The notes beneath the pieces are model-generated. The model saw only the letters and a list, made by a program, of their open reading frames with translations, was not told where the DNA came from and made no database searches. From Candidatus Kerfeldbacteria bacterium (GTDB lineage: Bacteria; Patescibacteriota; Patescibacteriia; UBA10025; JAHIVO01), in contig JACROE010000002.1 in NCBI GenBank assembly GCA_016214565.1, positions 664,007 through 728,006 of the forward strand: a stretch of 64,000 nt of DNA, read 5' to 3'. The translations under genes and the position numbers were made by a program. This document shows, in pieces, positions 9,594-19,400 of the stretch (its first letter is position 1; the number at the start of each line of letters is the position of its first letter).

Positions 9594-11774
9594 TTATTTA
9601 GATTTTCTTCGGCGGGATTTTTTTTCTTCGGCGAGGATTTCCAGAGCGCGGGGTAATTCAATACTGAAGACATCGTCTTTTTTCAGCGAGCGGAAATCAC
9701 CATCGTGGACTATGTAGGGACCAAAGCGTCCTTTATTTGCCAATATTTCTTTTCCAGTGGTTGGGTGGGTACCGAGATTTCGTGGGAGGCTCAGATAGTG
9801 TAATGCGTCAGCTAACGTAACTGTTGTTAAATCTTTGTCCGCAGGAACACTAGCTCGCTTTGGTTTTGGATTTGCCTTCGTGCGTTCACCGATCTGGACA
9901 TAGGGTCCGAATCTGCCGTCGAGCAAGTAAATTGGTTCATCGGTATCCGGGTGCTTCCCAATAATTTGCGGTCCTTTTAATTCATCTCCATTGATCAGGA
10001 GGGCGCCATCGCATTCAGGGAAGCGTGAACAGCTCAAGAATTTACCGTTTTTGCCCAATTTGATGATCATGGGTGATTTACATTTTGGACATTCGTGTTT
10101 GGCGTCAGCATTGCCCAAGTTGGTAATTTTTTCTATATTTTCTTTAGCCTCAACATCAGCATGGAATGGCGTGTAGAAGGTTTTAAGCGTTGATTCGTAT
10201 TCTCGTTTTCCGTTAGCAATATCATCAAGCTCGTCTTCGAGTTCGGCAGTAAATGAGTCGCTAATATATTTGGCAAAATATTTTTCTAGAAATTCGCTAA
10301 CTACTTCACCCGTGTCAGTTGGTTGGAGGCGGGAGCGGTCCTTCGTGATATAACCTCGGTCAAGAATAGTTTGAATGATTGATGCATATGTGCTCGGACG
10401 GCCGATTCCACGTTTCTCCAGCTCGCGAATCAAGCCAGCCTCGGAGTAACGGGCGGGCGGCTGCGTTTGTTTCTCAATATCTACTATTTTCTGCAGGGTA
10501 AGCGGATCTCCGGCTTGTGCTCGGGGCAGGTCTACATCTTCGCCGCGAGCTTCGGGGTCAGCCAGCAGCCAACCAGGGGTAAGGACGTGGGAGCCAGTAA
10601 CCGCAAAATCGGGAATGGATTTACCAGTAACGGTAGCGCTGATTTTTGTTTTGAGAATTTTCGCGTCAATCATCTGTGAGGCGATCGTTCGCTGGCGAAT
10701 CAGCGCGTATAGTCGTTTTTGGTCGTCAGCGCTTCCGGCTGACTTTTTTGCACTATTGGTTGGGCGAATAGCCTCGTGGGCTTCTTGCGCATTTTTCGAT
10801 TGGGTTTTGTACTGCCGTTGGTTGAGATTTTCCGCGCCATATTCTTTGGTAATGACGCCAGCAATTTGCTGGAGCGCCTCGGCACTCAGCGTCGTACTGT
10901 CCGTACGCATGTACGTAATATGTCCCGCTTCATAGAGTTTTTGAGCGGCGCGCATCGTCCGTGATGGGGTGAAGCCAAGCCGACTACTGGCAGTTTGCTG
11001 AAGTGACGAAGTGATGAATGGTGCTTTGGGTGAGCGCTTGGCTTCAGTTGCTTTGACATCCGTGATTGACCATGGTCCTTGTTTACCCGCTGCAAGTATG
11101 CGATCAACTTCAGTGCGGTCGCGTGGCTCGGTGGCACAGGTGAGAGTCATGGCTTCTTTATTTTTAGTCACCATGTGCGCTTCAATCACCCAAAATGTTT
11201 CCGGGACAAACGCTCTGATTTCTCGTTCGCGCTCGACTAAGATGCGCAGCGCGGGGGATTGTACACGGCCAGCGGACAGTCCATATCTTACCTTTTTCCA
11301 GATCAGGCCGCTTAAGTCATATCCGACCAGGCGGTCAAGTACGCGACGCGCTTCTTGGGCGCGACGCAAGTTTTGATCGATTTCACGCGGGTGCGCCATG
11401 GCGTCATCAATGGCGGTTTTGGTAATTTCATGAAAGACAACTCGTTTGAGGGGTGGCAGCGTTCCAACATGCTCGGCAAGGGTGTCGGCAATATGCCAGG
11501 CAATTGCTTCTCCCTCTCGATCAGGATCGGTTGCCAGAATAATTTCTTCAGCTTTTTTAGCTAATTTTTGCAACTCTTCGACGACCTCCTTTTTTTTATC
11601 AGGAATTACATAGCGTGGGACAAAGCCGCCGGGAATATCAATGGCAGTTTTATTGCTCTTAGGCAAATCACGAATATGCCCGACACTGGCGGTGACGTGG
11701 TAGGGGGACTTAGTGCCAAGAAATTTTGTTACTGTTTTCGCTTTGGTGGGCGATTCGACAATCAGAAGTTTCAT
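9594..11774 (-). CDS. topA: DNA topoisomerase I
   Basis: IVESPTKAK, ATDPDREGEAI, SAGRVQS, ITYMRTDS, Zn ribbon and C-terminal GRFGPY repeats. Confidence 0.97.
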   Translation of the reverse strand: MKLLIVESPTKAKTVTKFLGTKSPYHVTASVGHIRDLPKSNKTAIDIPGGFVPRYVIPDKKKEVVEELQKLAKKAEEIILATDPDREGEAIAWHIADTLAEHVGTLPPLKRVVFHEITKTAIDDAMAHPREIDQNLRRAQEARRVLDRLVGYDLSGLIWKKVRYGLSAGRVQSPALRILVEREREIRAFVPETFWVIEAHMVTKNKEAMTLTCATEPRDRTEVDRILAAGKQGPWSITDVKATEAKRSPKAPFITSSLQQTASSRLGFTPSRTMRAAQKLYEAGHITYMRTDSTTLSAEALQQIAGVITKEYGAENLNQRQYKTQSKNAQEAHEAIRPTNSAKKSAGSADDQKRLYALIRQRTIASQMIDAKILKTKISATVTGKSIPDFAVTGSHVLTPGWLLADPEARGEDVDLPRAQAGDPLTLQKIVDIEKQTQPPARYSEAGLIRELEKRGIGRPSTYASIIQTILDRGYITKDRSRLQPTDTGEVVSEFLEKYFAKYISDSFTAELEDELDDIANGKREYESTLKTFYTPFHADVEAKENIEKITNLGNADAKHECPKCKSPMIIKLGKNGKFLSCSRFPECDGALLINGDELKGPQIIGKHPDTDEPIYLLDGRFGPYVQIGERTKANPKPKRASVPADKDLTTVTLADALHYLSLPRNLGTHPTTGKEILANKGRFGPYIVHDGDFRSLKKDDVFSIELPRALEILAEEKKSRRRKSK

Positions 11775-11882
11775 GCGATAGGTTGTCTAAATAAAAACCG
11801 TTCCCGGAGCTCGGGAGCTGGTGCTTAGATTAATGCGGTCCGATGAGACAATTGAAACATGAGGTTTTGTTTGTTCGGCCCA

Positions 11883-12977
11883 TTATGTGCGGACGTAATG
11901 GGTGCTGCCGCTGCGACGAATCGTGCCATTCATTTCTAAATTCGTTAAGGCCGTATTCACCGCGCTGCTTGGTAGTCTACTCTGTTGAAAAATTTCGTCA
12001 ATATCCACGGGGATGCTCCCAATCAGCTCGAGGAGCTGACGCTCGGCATCAGTCGTGGGGACGACTGATTTATTTTGGACTGTGTCGCTCTTCTTGTCAA
12101 GTTTGAGTAGCGCATATATATCATCTACGCGCTCTATCATCGCTGCACCATCTTTAAGTAAGTGATGTGGTCCTCGGGCATGGTCTGAGGTGATGGCACC
12201 TGGAACGGCCCCGACATCCCGGTTATAATCAACGGCTAATCGAGCAGTGATCAATGAACCCGAATCGGCCATACCCTCGATGACCACTGTGAGATGGGAT
12301 AGCCCAGCGATGATGCGGTTTCGAATGGGAAAATGCTGTTTAAATGGCGGGGTGCCAACGGGGTATTCTGAGAGGAGGCATCCGCCATGCGCGATTATCG
12401 ATTCGGCAAGCGCTGTATTGGTGCGGGGGTAGATGGTGTCGAGCCCACCAGCGAGCACGGCAATGGTCGTACCACCCATATCGAGCGTTGACTGATGAGC
12501 CAGAGTGTCTATTCCGAGCGCCAAGCCAGAAACGACGGTGATTCCTTGTGCCGCCAGCGGTTCAATTAGGAGTGGGGTGATATGTCTGCCGTACGGCGTG
12601 GTTTTTCGTGAGCCGACGACGGCGACAAGATGGTGGGTCCAGCGTGGCAGGCTGCCGCGGTAAAAGAGAAGCTGGGGCGCGTCGGGGATTTCTCGTAGGA
12701 GTGGGGGGTAGGCCTGATTTTTGATGGTGACGATATTGATCTGGTGATGCAACGTCAGTTGGTAGACTGCTTCAGGGTTAATTCGTTTTCGTTCGTCTAA
12801 CAATTGTCCGAGTCGGTGTGGCGCCACGCCGGCTCGCAGTAATGCTTCGGCTGGTGCTCGCCAAGCAGCCTCTAGGTCAGGGAAATAATCAATCAGCCGT
12901 TTCAGCGTGCGGGCGCCGATGCTGCGGCAGTGTGAAAAACCCACCCAGAATATGATATCTTTTTGCACTGTGTCCAT
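11883..12977 (-). CDS. dprA: DNA-protecting protein DprA
   Basis: VVGSR, SGLALGID, FPIRNRIIAGLS, SGSLITA; upstream of topA; start at ATG 12977 assumed. Confidence 0.95.
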   Translation of the reverse strand: MDTVQKDIIFWVGFSHCRSIGARTLKRLIDYFPDLEAAWRAPAEALLRAGVAPHRLGQLLDERKRINPEAVYQLTLHHQINIVTIKNQAYPPLLREIPDAPQLLFYRGSLPRWTHHLVAVVGSRKTTPYGRHITPLLIEPLAAQGITVVSGLALGIDTLAHQSTLDMGGTTIAVLAGGLDTIYPRTNTALAESIIAHGGCLLSEYPVGTPPFKQHFPIRNRIIAGLSHLTVVIEGMADSGSLITARLAVDYNRDVGAVPGAITSDHARGPHHLLKDGAAMIERVDDIYALLKLDKKSDTVQNKSVVPTTDAERQLLELIGSIPVDIDEIFQQSRLPSSAVNTALTNLEMNGTIRRSGSTHYVRT

Positions 12978-13092
12978 ACAGAATAAGACCTTAGGTGGGG
13001 AAGGTCTCACTAGGGACTATACCACAGTATTTATTTTCGGCAAGTGACAGGTTTGAATGGCTATGCTAAGGTAGTACTACTGGAGGTAACTC

Positions 13093-13245
13093 ATGCGTGA
13101 AATTGTTCTTGCGTTAGTGGGGATCCCCCTGCTGTCTCTCATCGGGCTGTGCTGTTTGGCTGTGCTATGGCCAATCGCCATACCATTTGGATTACTCTAT
13201 ATGGTTGCCTGGCGCAAAGCCCGTACCCCGATGGCGAAGTGCTGA
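13093..13245 (+). CDS. 50-aa small membrane protein (not in ORF track)
   Basis: GGAGG Shine-Dalgarno before ATG; MREIVLALVGIPLLSLIGLCCLAVLWPIAIPFGLLYMVAWRKARTPMAKC; fills the dprA-mfd gap. Confidence 0.6.
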   Translation: MREIVLALVGIPLLSLIGLCCLAVLWPIAIPFGLLYMVAWRKARTPMAKC

Positions 13246-13263
13246 TCCCGAGTGGTCAGCACT

Positions 13264-16200
13264 TTATTTTTTTTCTTCCGGATGCTGGTAGAGGCGAATA
13301 ACTTTTTTCAGTTCCTCAAGCCAGTGGTCACCGAGTTTGTCCAGGTCAATCTTCAGAGAGTCATCGGTAAATTGCCAATTAGGATTCCGCTGGAGCAGGC
13401 GGGCTAAGTTTTCTGGTTTCAAGGGGAAAAGGAATTTCAGGATGATCCGCCTTCGCCGCTGTCCATTTTCGTCAGTAATTTGCGTCGTATCTATGTGGGA
13501 CAAGTCTGTCCGTTGCGCCATGATGCGTACTTCGAGTACCTCGAAAAGATTGAGTAATGGCTGGGGGATATGGCGTTGCTCTTCTTTAGTCCGGGCGCGG
13601 ATAATAGCTTGTTTGAGCTCCGTCAGGTCCTCAATCGTAGTAACACCAGCCATTTTTTGGTAGAGGATAAGGCGCTCTTCTTCCCCGACAAATTCTTTCG
13701 GAATGTAGGCTTCCATGGGGAGATCCAGGACGATATCTCTGATTGTTTCTTGCACTTTGCCGTGCTTAAGCTCCTCAATGGCTTGAGCCAGTAACCGTGT
13801 ATATAATGAAAGGCCGATGGCGGATACTTTGCCATGTTGCTCTTTGCCGAGGATATTCCCCGCGCCGCGGATCTCCAGGTCGCGTAGGGCTAATTGGAAA
13901 CCGCTACCCAGCCGTTTTGCTGCCATCAGGGCTTGGAGTCGTTTTTTTGCGTTGCCAATTAGTTTTTTACGGTTATAAAAGAAATAAGCAAATGCTTGGC
14001 GGTCACCCCGGCCGATTCGACCACGCAGCTGGTAGAGCTGAGCTAAGCCAAAATTGGTTGAATTATCAACAATCATAGTATTCACATTTGGCAGATCTAA
14101 TCCGTTTTCAATAATTGTTGAACAAACCAAAATATTCGTTTTCATGTTATCGAAATCCGCCATAGCTTTGGCCAGCTCTTTTTCTGGGAGGCGACCATGG
14201 GCAATGCCAATTCGGGCATTTGGAATTAATTTCTGGATATCCAAAGCAGCATGGGAAATCGTTTCCACTTTGTTATGCAGATAGTACACTTGTCCGTCTC
14301 GATCAAGCTCTTTTTTGATAACGGCTTGGATGGCGGTATCGCTGTAGGGTTCAATATGCGTTTCGATGGGCAGGCGACCCTCGGGTGGGGTTTCAATGAC
14401 GCTGACATCTCGTACGCCGGACAGTGCAATATTAAGCGTGCGGGGAATAGGGGTGGCGGTTAAGGTTAAGACATGGGCCTGGGTACGCAGGGATTTGAGC
14501 CGCTCTTTTGCTTTCACGCCAAACCGCTGCTCCTCATCAATGATGATGAGGCCGAGCCGGCGGAACAGGACGTCGCTCGACAGTAGTCGGTGGGTGCCAA
14601 TGACGATATCAATCGTGCCAGCCTTGAGGCCTTCGATGGTTTCTTTTTGCTCTTTATCCGTTTCAAACCGCGACAAAATGCCAAGCGAGATGGGGAATTT
14701 TTTCAGTCGTTTTTTAAATGTGTCATAGTGTTGCTGAGTCAGGATGGTAGTTGGGGAGAGCAGCGCCACCTGTGTTTTGTTCATGACGGCTTTCAACGCG
14801 GCCCGTACCGCCACTTCTGTCTTGCCAAATCCCACATCGCCGCAGATCAGGCGATCCATGGGCGTTTCGTGCTCGAGATCATTCTTGACTGCCTTGATGG
14901 CGGAGAGCTGATCCGGCGTTTCGCGATAGGGGAAGGAGGTGGCTAGTTCGTTATCTTCAGCCGTATCTTTGCCAAAAGGTTTGATTTTCGTCATTTCCCG
15001 CTTGGCGTAGATTTTCAGAAGTTCCTGCGCCAGCACCTTGGCTTCTTGTTTTACTTTGCGGGTCAACTGGTACCATTGGCCGCCGGAGAGTCGATGCAAC
15101 TTCGGATTGGAGACGCCAATGTACTTTGAAATCTTGTCAGCACTCTCCACCGGGACGTATAGCTTGTCACGCTCGGAATATTCAAGGATAAAATATTCTT
15201 TTGTGATTCCTTCTACCACGTTTTGGGCCATGCCGGCGAATTGGCCAATGCCATGGTCTAGGTGCACCACAAAATCCCCTGGCTGTAATTCCATAATAAA
15301 TGCTTGATCCACTCGTTTTCGCGGTGATTGTTCCTCGATGACGTCACCGAATATTTCTCGGTCAGTGAGAAGTAAAAATTTACTCGGTGCATTACTAAAC
15401 CCGGAGAGCTCCCGTATCATTGGCCAGAGATGGATGGGCGCCGCTACTTTTTTTTCTTTGAATAATTTTTCCAGCTGGTGTGATTGCTGGGTAGCGATAG
15501 CGATGCGCCAATGTTGACCGGTAAATTTCTTGATATCTTCAGCCAGCTGTTCAAAACCCTTGTGGTACAGCGGGGCGTGTTCAAATGCGAGGGTACGGGC
15601 AGCGGTATCAAAATCTTTTACCACGATCCGGCTGTAGTGCTTAAATTCTTTTTCAATTGCCTCCCAATCATTAATTATTCCTGGTGGTTCAGTAATGTCG
15701 TTATAGAATAACACCGGGCGCTCCAGTGCAGACAAATATTGAGTGAAGCTGGCGCGGGTGTGGTGAGACTTAAATTTTCGCGCAATAATTTGAGCGTGTT
15801 CGACTGTTTCAGCCAGACGCTTGTCAACCGGATTGAACCACTGCATTTGCTCAATACCTGTAGCATTGAATTCAATGCGCAGTGGCCGATCTGTATTCAT
15901 GGGGAATACATCCATGATGCCGCCGTGCCGAGCGAAGTATCCCGCTTCGCTGGCGTGAGTCGAAAAATCATACCCCATGCTGATCAACTGCTGTGACAGC
16001 GCCGCTGGTTGGGTCGATTGATTCTTCGTTAGATTGAGCAGATGGTCTTCAACCACGCTCACCGCAGGAAGTTTTGCTTCTAATTGTGCCAGGTCAGCCA
16101 GGACGACGTGGGGTTCGTGGGCGCTGAGTTGTGCCAGACGGGCAGGCGTCACCTGATCGAGCTGCCACAGCCGTCGATTGATTTTATACTGACGATGCCA

Positions 16201-16416
16201 GTACTCCAGCAGTCGCTGCGCCGACGGCAATTCCTCGGTGCTTAAGAGCCAGAAAATTACCCGATGTTGCAGCTCGGGATTACGGGTTAAAAAATATGAT
16301 TGTGTAGTGAGATTAGGGAGTCCGCGAACGCCAATTTCAGACGGCGTAGCCAGCAGTCGGTTAACTGCCGTGAAAAGCGCTTCGGGATCACCCATCTCTG
16401 ATCGGGGACCAGGCAC
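13264..16416 (-). CDS. mfd: Transcription-repair coupling factor
   Basis: VVHLDHGIG (RID), GDVGFGKT, DEEQRFGV, TATPIPRT, QLRGRIGR, DLEIRGAGNILG, TRCF C-terminus. Confidence 0.96.
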   Translation of the reverse strand: MPGPRSEMGDPEALFTAVNRLLATPSEIGVRGLPNLTTQSYFLTRNPELQHRVIFWLLSTEELPSAQRLLEYWHRQYKINRRLWQLDQVTPARLAQLSAHEPHVVLADLAQLEAKLPAVSVVEDHLLNLTKNQSTQPAALSQQLISMGYDFSTHASEAGYFARHGGIMDVFPMNTDRPLRIEFNATGIEQMQWFNPVDKRLAETVEHAQIIARKFKSHHTRASFTQYLSALERPVLFYNDITEPPGIINDWEAIEKEFKHYSRIVVKDFDTAARTLAFEHAPLYHKGFEQLAEDIKKFTGQHWRIAIATQQSHQLEKLFKEKKVAAPIHLWPMIRELSGFSNAPSKFLLLTDREIFGDVIEEQSPRKRVDQAFIMELQPGDFVVHLDHGIGQFAGMAQNVVEGITKEYFILEYSERDKLYVPVESADKISKYIGVSNPKLHRLSGGQWYQLTRKVKQEAKVLAQELLKIYAKREMTKIKPFGKDTAEDNELATSFPYRETPDQLSAIKAVKNDLEHETPMDRLICGDVGFGKTEVAVRAALKAVMNKTQVALLSPTTILTQQHYDTFKKRLKKFPISLGILSRFETDKEQKETIEGLKAGTIDIVIGTHRLLSSDVLFRRLGLIIIDEEQRFGVKAKERLKSLRTQAHVLTLTATPIPRTLNIALSGVRDVSVIETPPEGRLPIETHIEPYSDTAIQAVIKKELDRDGQVYYLHNKVETISHAALDIQKLIPNARIGIAHGRLPEKELAKAMADFDNMKTNILVCSTIIENGLDLPNVNTMIVDNSTNFGLAQLYQLRGRIGRGDRQAFAYFFYNRKKLIGNAKKRLQALMAAKRLGSGFQLALRDLEIRGAGNILGKEQHGKVSAIGLSLYTRLLAQAIEELKHGKVQETIRDIVLDLPMEAYIPKEFVGEEERLILYQKMAGVTTIEDLTELKQAIIRARTKEEQRHIPQPLLNLFEVLEVRIMAQRTDLSHIDTTQITDENGQRRRRIILKFLFPLKPENLARLLQRNPNWQFTDDSLKIDLDKLGDHWLEELKKVIRLYQHPEEKK

Positions 16417-16546
16417 GGGGGGTTATTTTTACCTGCTAATTTTTGGTGTTTTTGACTGAAAATGCTCCCGGGGCATCCGGGGCTTGACAGTGCAGTTTTT
16501 CTCTGCTAACGTGTATTATTACAGTTTTTTAAAAAAAGGCAAGTCC

Positions 16547-16714
16547 GAGCGCTGCATATCAGCTGTTCGTGGATATATTTCTGCCTACCAAGCGGCGAAC
16601 GCAAGGCAACCCCTCCTAACGCTTTGTCAGTAACCCCAAGATAAGGTTATGTAGTTTATTCTATGTAATCTTACGCTTGGAGGCAGAAATATATTCGCGC
16701 TGTCACAGCCGCTC
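16547..16714 (+). ncRNA. Candidate structured ncRNA (~170 nt, possibly 6S-like)
   Basis: 16568-16594 pairs with 16674-16699 (about 26 bp, one bulge, G.U pairs); inner hairpin AAGGTTATGTAG/CTATGTAATCTT; outer GAGCG/CGCTC; upstream TTGACA-N17-TAACGT. Confidence 0.5.
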
Positions 16715-16727
16715 CCACATTTGTATG

Positions 16728-17765
16728 TTATGTGGGGGTTTTTGTTTTTAAGGCGAGTCCAGTGGCCACCGAGAGCTCAGGACCGCAGGCATCAAGGGCA
16801 GTTCGCATTTCGGGATTGAAATTGACATGTTGCCAGGTATTGCCGATGGTGCAGGGGAGTGAGAGATGTTCACTGAAGAATGAGGTGATGCCAGGGAGAT
16901 GAGCAATTCCACCGGTGAGAATGATACTGCGCACGTTTGTTTGTTTGGCAGATAAAATTCGTTTTATCTCCTTGATCAAAAAAGATTCTACAATAAATTT
17001 GATAGAAGCGGGGGCGGTATTGGCAGTCGACGCATGGATCAGAGTGGTTTCACGTCGGATCGATGAGGCGCGATCGAGGCTAATATTGAGTGCATTGGCG
17101 ATGTGTTCATCGATTGCACTGATACCAATGTTTAAGTTTCGGACGATCAGTGGCAGGTGATTGGCGAAGACAACAATGTTTGCATTATGCGCACCCATAT
17201 CAATGACTAGATGTCCGTCTGGATCGGCTGGCAGGACGGATCGTTGCAGCGCATTAATTTCAGTTTCTAGTGCCACTAATCCTAGATCGGCAGCCTTGAT
17301 AACGCGGACATACCGGTCAACTACCTCTCGAGCCGCAGCAGTGAGTACGACCGTGATAGTGCCGGCAGCTGAGGGTTCAGGCGAGACGACATGCCAATCA
17401 AGCGCCATCTTATCCAAAGGCAAGGGGATCATGCGTTTAGCTTCCCACTGTACGGCAGAGGCGAGTTCTTTTGCTGACATCGTGGGTATTTCGATCATGG
17501 TATGGAATACGTTGATCGCTGGAAGCGCGGCTACCACGCGATCAGTCGTTACCCGTGCAGCGCTTAAGAGCTGGCGGAGCGTGTTGACTGTTTCCTGGGC
17601 GTCAGCGTGGGAATCGCTGCGTACTGCCGCAGAATCATGAGCCGCTATGCCGTAGGTGACTAATCGATGCCCATTTGGTTGTGGTTCGAGCTCGACGAGC
17701 TTAATGGCGGACGAACCGAGCTCTAAGCCGATCACATTTTGGTTTTTTGGGGTAAAGAATGGCAT
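16728..17765 (-). CDS. pilM: Type IV pilus assembly protein PilM
   Basis: IGLELGSSAIKLVEL, VQWEAKRMIP, IDMGA, LTGG.A.LPG, VATGLALK. Confidence 0.9.
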   Translation of the reverse strand: MPFFTPKNQNVIGLELGSSAIKLVELEPQPNGHRLVTYGIAAHDSAAVRSDSHADAQETVNTLRQLLSAARVTTDRVVAALPAINVFHTMIEIPTMSAKELASAVQWEAKRMIPLPLDKMALDWHVVSPEPSAAGTITVVLTAAAREVVDRYVRVIKAADLGLVALETEINALQRSVLPADPDGHLVIDMGAHNANIVVFANHLPLIVRNLNIGISAIDEHIANALNISLDRASSIRRETTLIHASTANTAPASIKFIVESFLIKEIKRILSAKQTNVRSIILTGGIAHLPGITSFFSEHLSLPCTIGNTWQHVNFNPEMRTALDACGPELSVATGLALKTKTPT

Positions 17766-17772
17766 AAGTTTA

Positions 17773-18849
17773 TTATGAAATACTCAGCATAGATCGGACC
17801 AGTTGCTCATCGCTGGCGTATTCGAGTGCCGTGTCCACAGTAATTTCATTTGTTTTCGCCAGTTCGGCGAGGGACCAGTCGAGGGAAATCATTCCTTCGG
17901 CGCGTGAGGTTTGTATGACCGTTGGGAGTTGGTAGAATGATCCATCTTTGATATGGGCTTGGATAGGCGGAGTATTAAGCATCAGCTCGGCCACCGGTAT
18001 GGTGCTCCCGCCGACGCGAGGGATAAGGCGCTGGCAAATAGTGCCCATTAAATTCGACGCAAGCCGCTCCCGCATGCGCGGCTGTTCACCGCCGGGGAAA
18101 CGATTAATAATATGTTCAAGGGTTTTGACGGTGGTATTAGCTTCTACATTGGCAATCACCAGACGGCCTGAAGCAGCGATGGAAATGGCCGCGCTAATAA
18201 CTTGGGGGGTAGCTAATTCGGAGAGCACCAGGATATCTACATCTTCTTGGGTTATGGTGCGGATAGCTCGTTCGAACGATACTGCATCCCGGCCGACTTC
18301 GCGCTGCTCTATGATGCTGCGCTGGCTCGAAAAGATGTATTCGATGGGACGCTCTACCGTTAAAATATAGGCCGATCGCGTGGTATTAAAATGTTGAATC
18401 AGCGAGGCGGCGGTGGTTGTTTTCCCTGAACCAAATGAACCAGAAATAATAAGCAACCCGTGGGTAGCTTGTGCGAATTGATCGATGGCCGTCGGAAGCC
18501 CCAATTTTTCTAAAGGGATCAGCTCATTGCCAATCAGTCGTAAATAGGCGGCTAATACCCCCCGCTGATAAAAAATATTAATCCGGTAGCGCGTTTGGCG
18601 ATTGAGCTGGTAGGCGAGGATTATTTCCCGCTCTTCATCGAGTATTTTTTCCTGCTCATTATCGAGCACCACCTCGACAAACGTTTCCATGAAATCCTTG
18701 GTAATGATCGGTTCGTCAGGGAGGGGTACCAGCTCATTATGCAGGCGCATGGTTGGGGGCGTACCTACGGACAGATGAACGTCGGCAGCGCGTTTGGCGG
18801 CAATGGTCGTCAGAATGCGATCAATGGCGAGTTTTGTTTGGGTATCCAT
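17773..18849 (-). CDS. pilT: PilT/PilU-family retraction ATPase with degenerate motifs
   Basis: ADVHLSVG.PP, RYRINIFYQRG, GSFGSGKTTT, TVERPIEY, QREVG; Walker B and His box diverged (DILVLSEL; ANVEANT). Confidence 0.82.
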   Translation of the reverse strand: MDTQTKLAIDRILTTIAAKRAADVHLSVGTPPTMRLHNELVPLPDEPIITKDFMETFVEVVLDNEQEKILDEEREIILAYQLNRQTRYRINIFYQRGVLAAYLRLIGNELIPLEKLGLPTAIDQFAQATHGLLIISGSFGSGKTTTAASLIQHFNTTRSAYILTVERPIEYIFSSQRSIIEQREVGRDAVSFERAIRTITQEDVDILVLSELATPQVISAAISIAASGRLVIANVEANTTVKTLEHIINRFPGGEQPRMRERLASNLMGTICQRLIPRVGGSTIPVAELMLNTPPIQAHIKDGSFYQLPTVIQTSRAEGMISLDWSLAELAKTNEITVDTALEYASDEQLVRSMLSIS

Positions 18850-18851
18850 AA

Positions 18852-19400
18852 TTAGTTGAAATGATTGGCGGCATGCTCCGGCGAATGGGCGCAGGCATCA
18901 GTCACAGCGGCAACGGTTCGTTTGATAAAGGCGGGTAATAATTTTTTTTCTGCTGCGGAAAACCGCTCGAGGACGAAGGCCTCGGTATCAAATGGGTGTT
19001 CGGGCCGGATTCCCATACGGAACCGTACGCAAGCGCGGGAGTGTATAGCCGTCAGGACTGAATCGACGCCGCGATGTCCGGCGGCTGATCGACCTCGGCT
19101 GATACGGAGTGTGCCAAATGAGAGATCGATATCATCATGAATGATCCAGATGCGTTCTGGTGTGAGATTGTAGAATGCCGCAATCTGTTGTACCGCAAGG
19201 CCGGACCGATTCATGAAGGTCGTTGGTTTGACGAGCAGCACATTTTTATCGGCCAGGGTAATCGTTGCCAGGGCGGCAGAAAATTTTGTCTGGAGGCGGG
19301 TTTGCGCCAGTGCGTCGATGACCTGCCAGCCGAGATTGTGCCGGGTAGCGGTATAGGTGCGGCCAGGATTGCCCAGGCCGACGAGGCAATACTCAAACAT
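18852..19400 (-). CDS. pth: Peptidyl-tRNA hydrolase
   Basis: VGLGNPG..Y..TRHNLG, KPTTFMNRSG, HDDIDL, GHRG; ATG 19400 overlaps der stop. Confidence 0.94.
   Translation of the reverse strand: MFEYCLVGLGNPGRTYTATRHNLGWQVIDALAQTRLQTKFSAALATITLADKNVLLVKPTTFMNRSGLAVQQIAAFYNLTPERIWIIHDDIDLSFGTLRISRGRSAAGHRGVDSVLTAIHSRACVRFRMGIRPEHPFDTEAFVLERFSAAEKKLLPAFIKRTVAAVTDACAHSPEHAANHFN

Noticed and set aside
16538-16560. RNase P RNA start (GGCAAGTCCGAGC resembles GAGGAAAGTCC)
   Set aside because: Imperfect match and no 3' P4 partner motif found downstream
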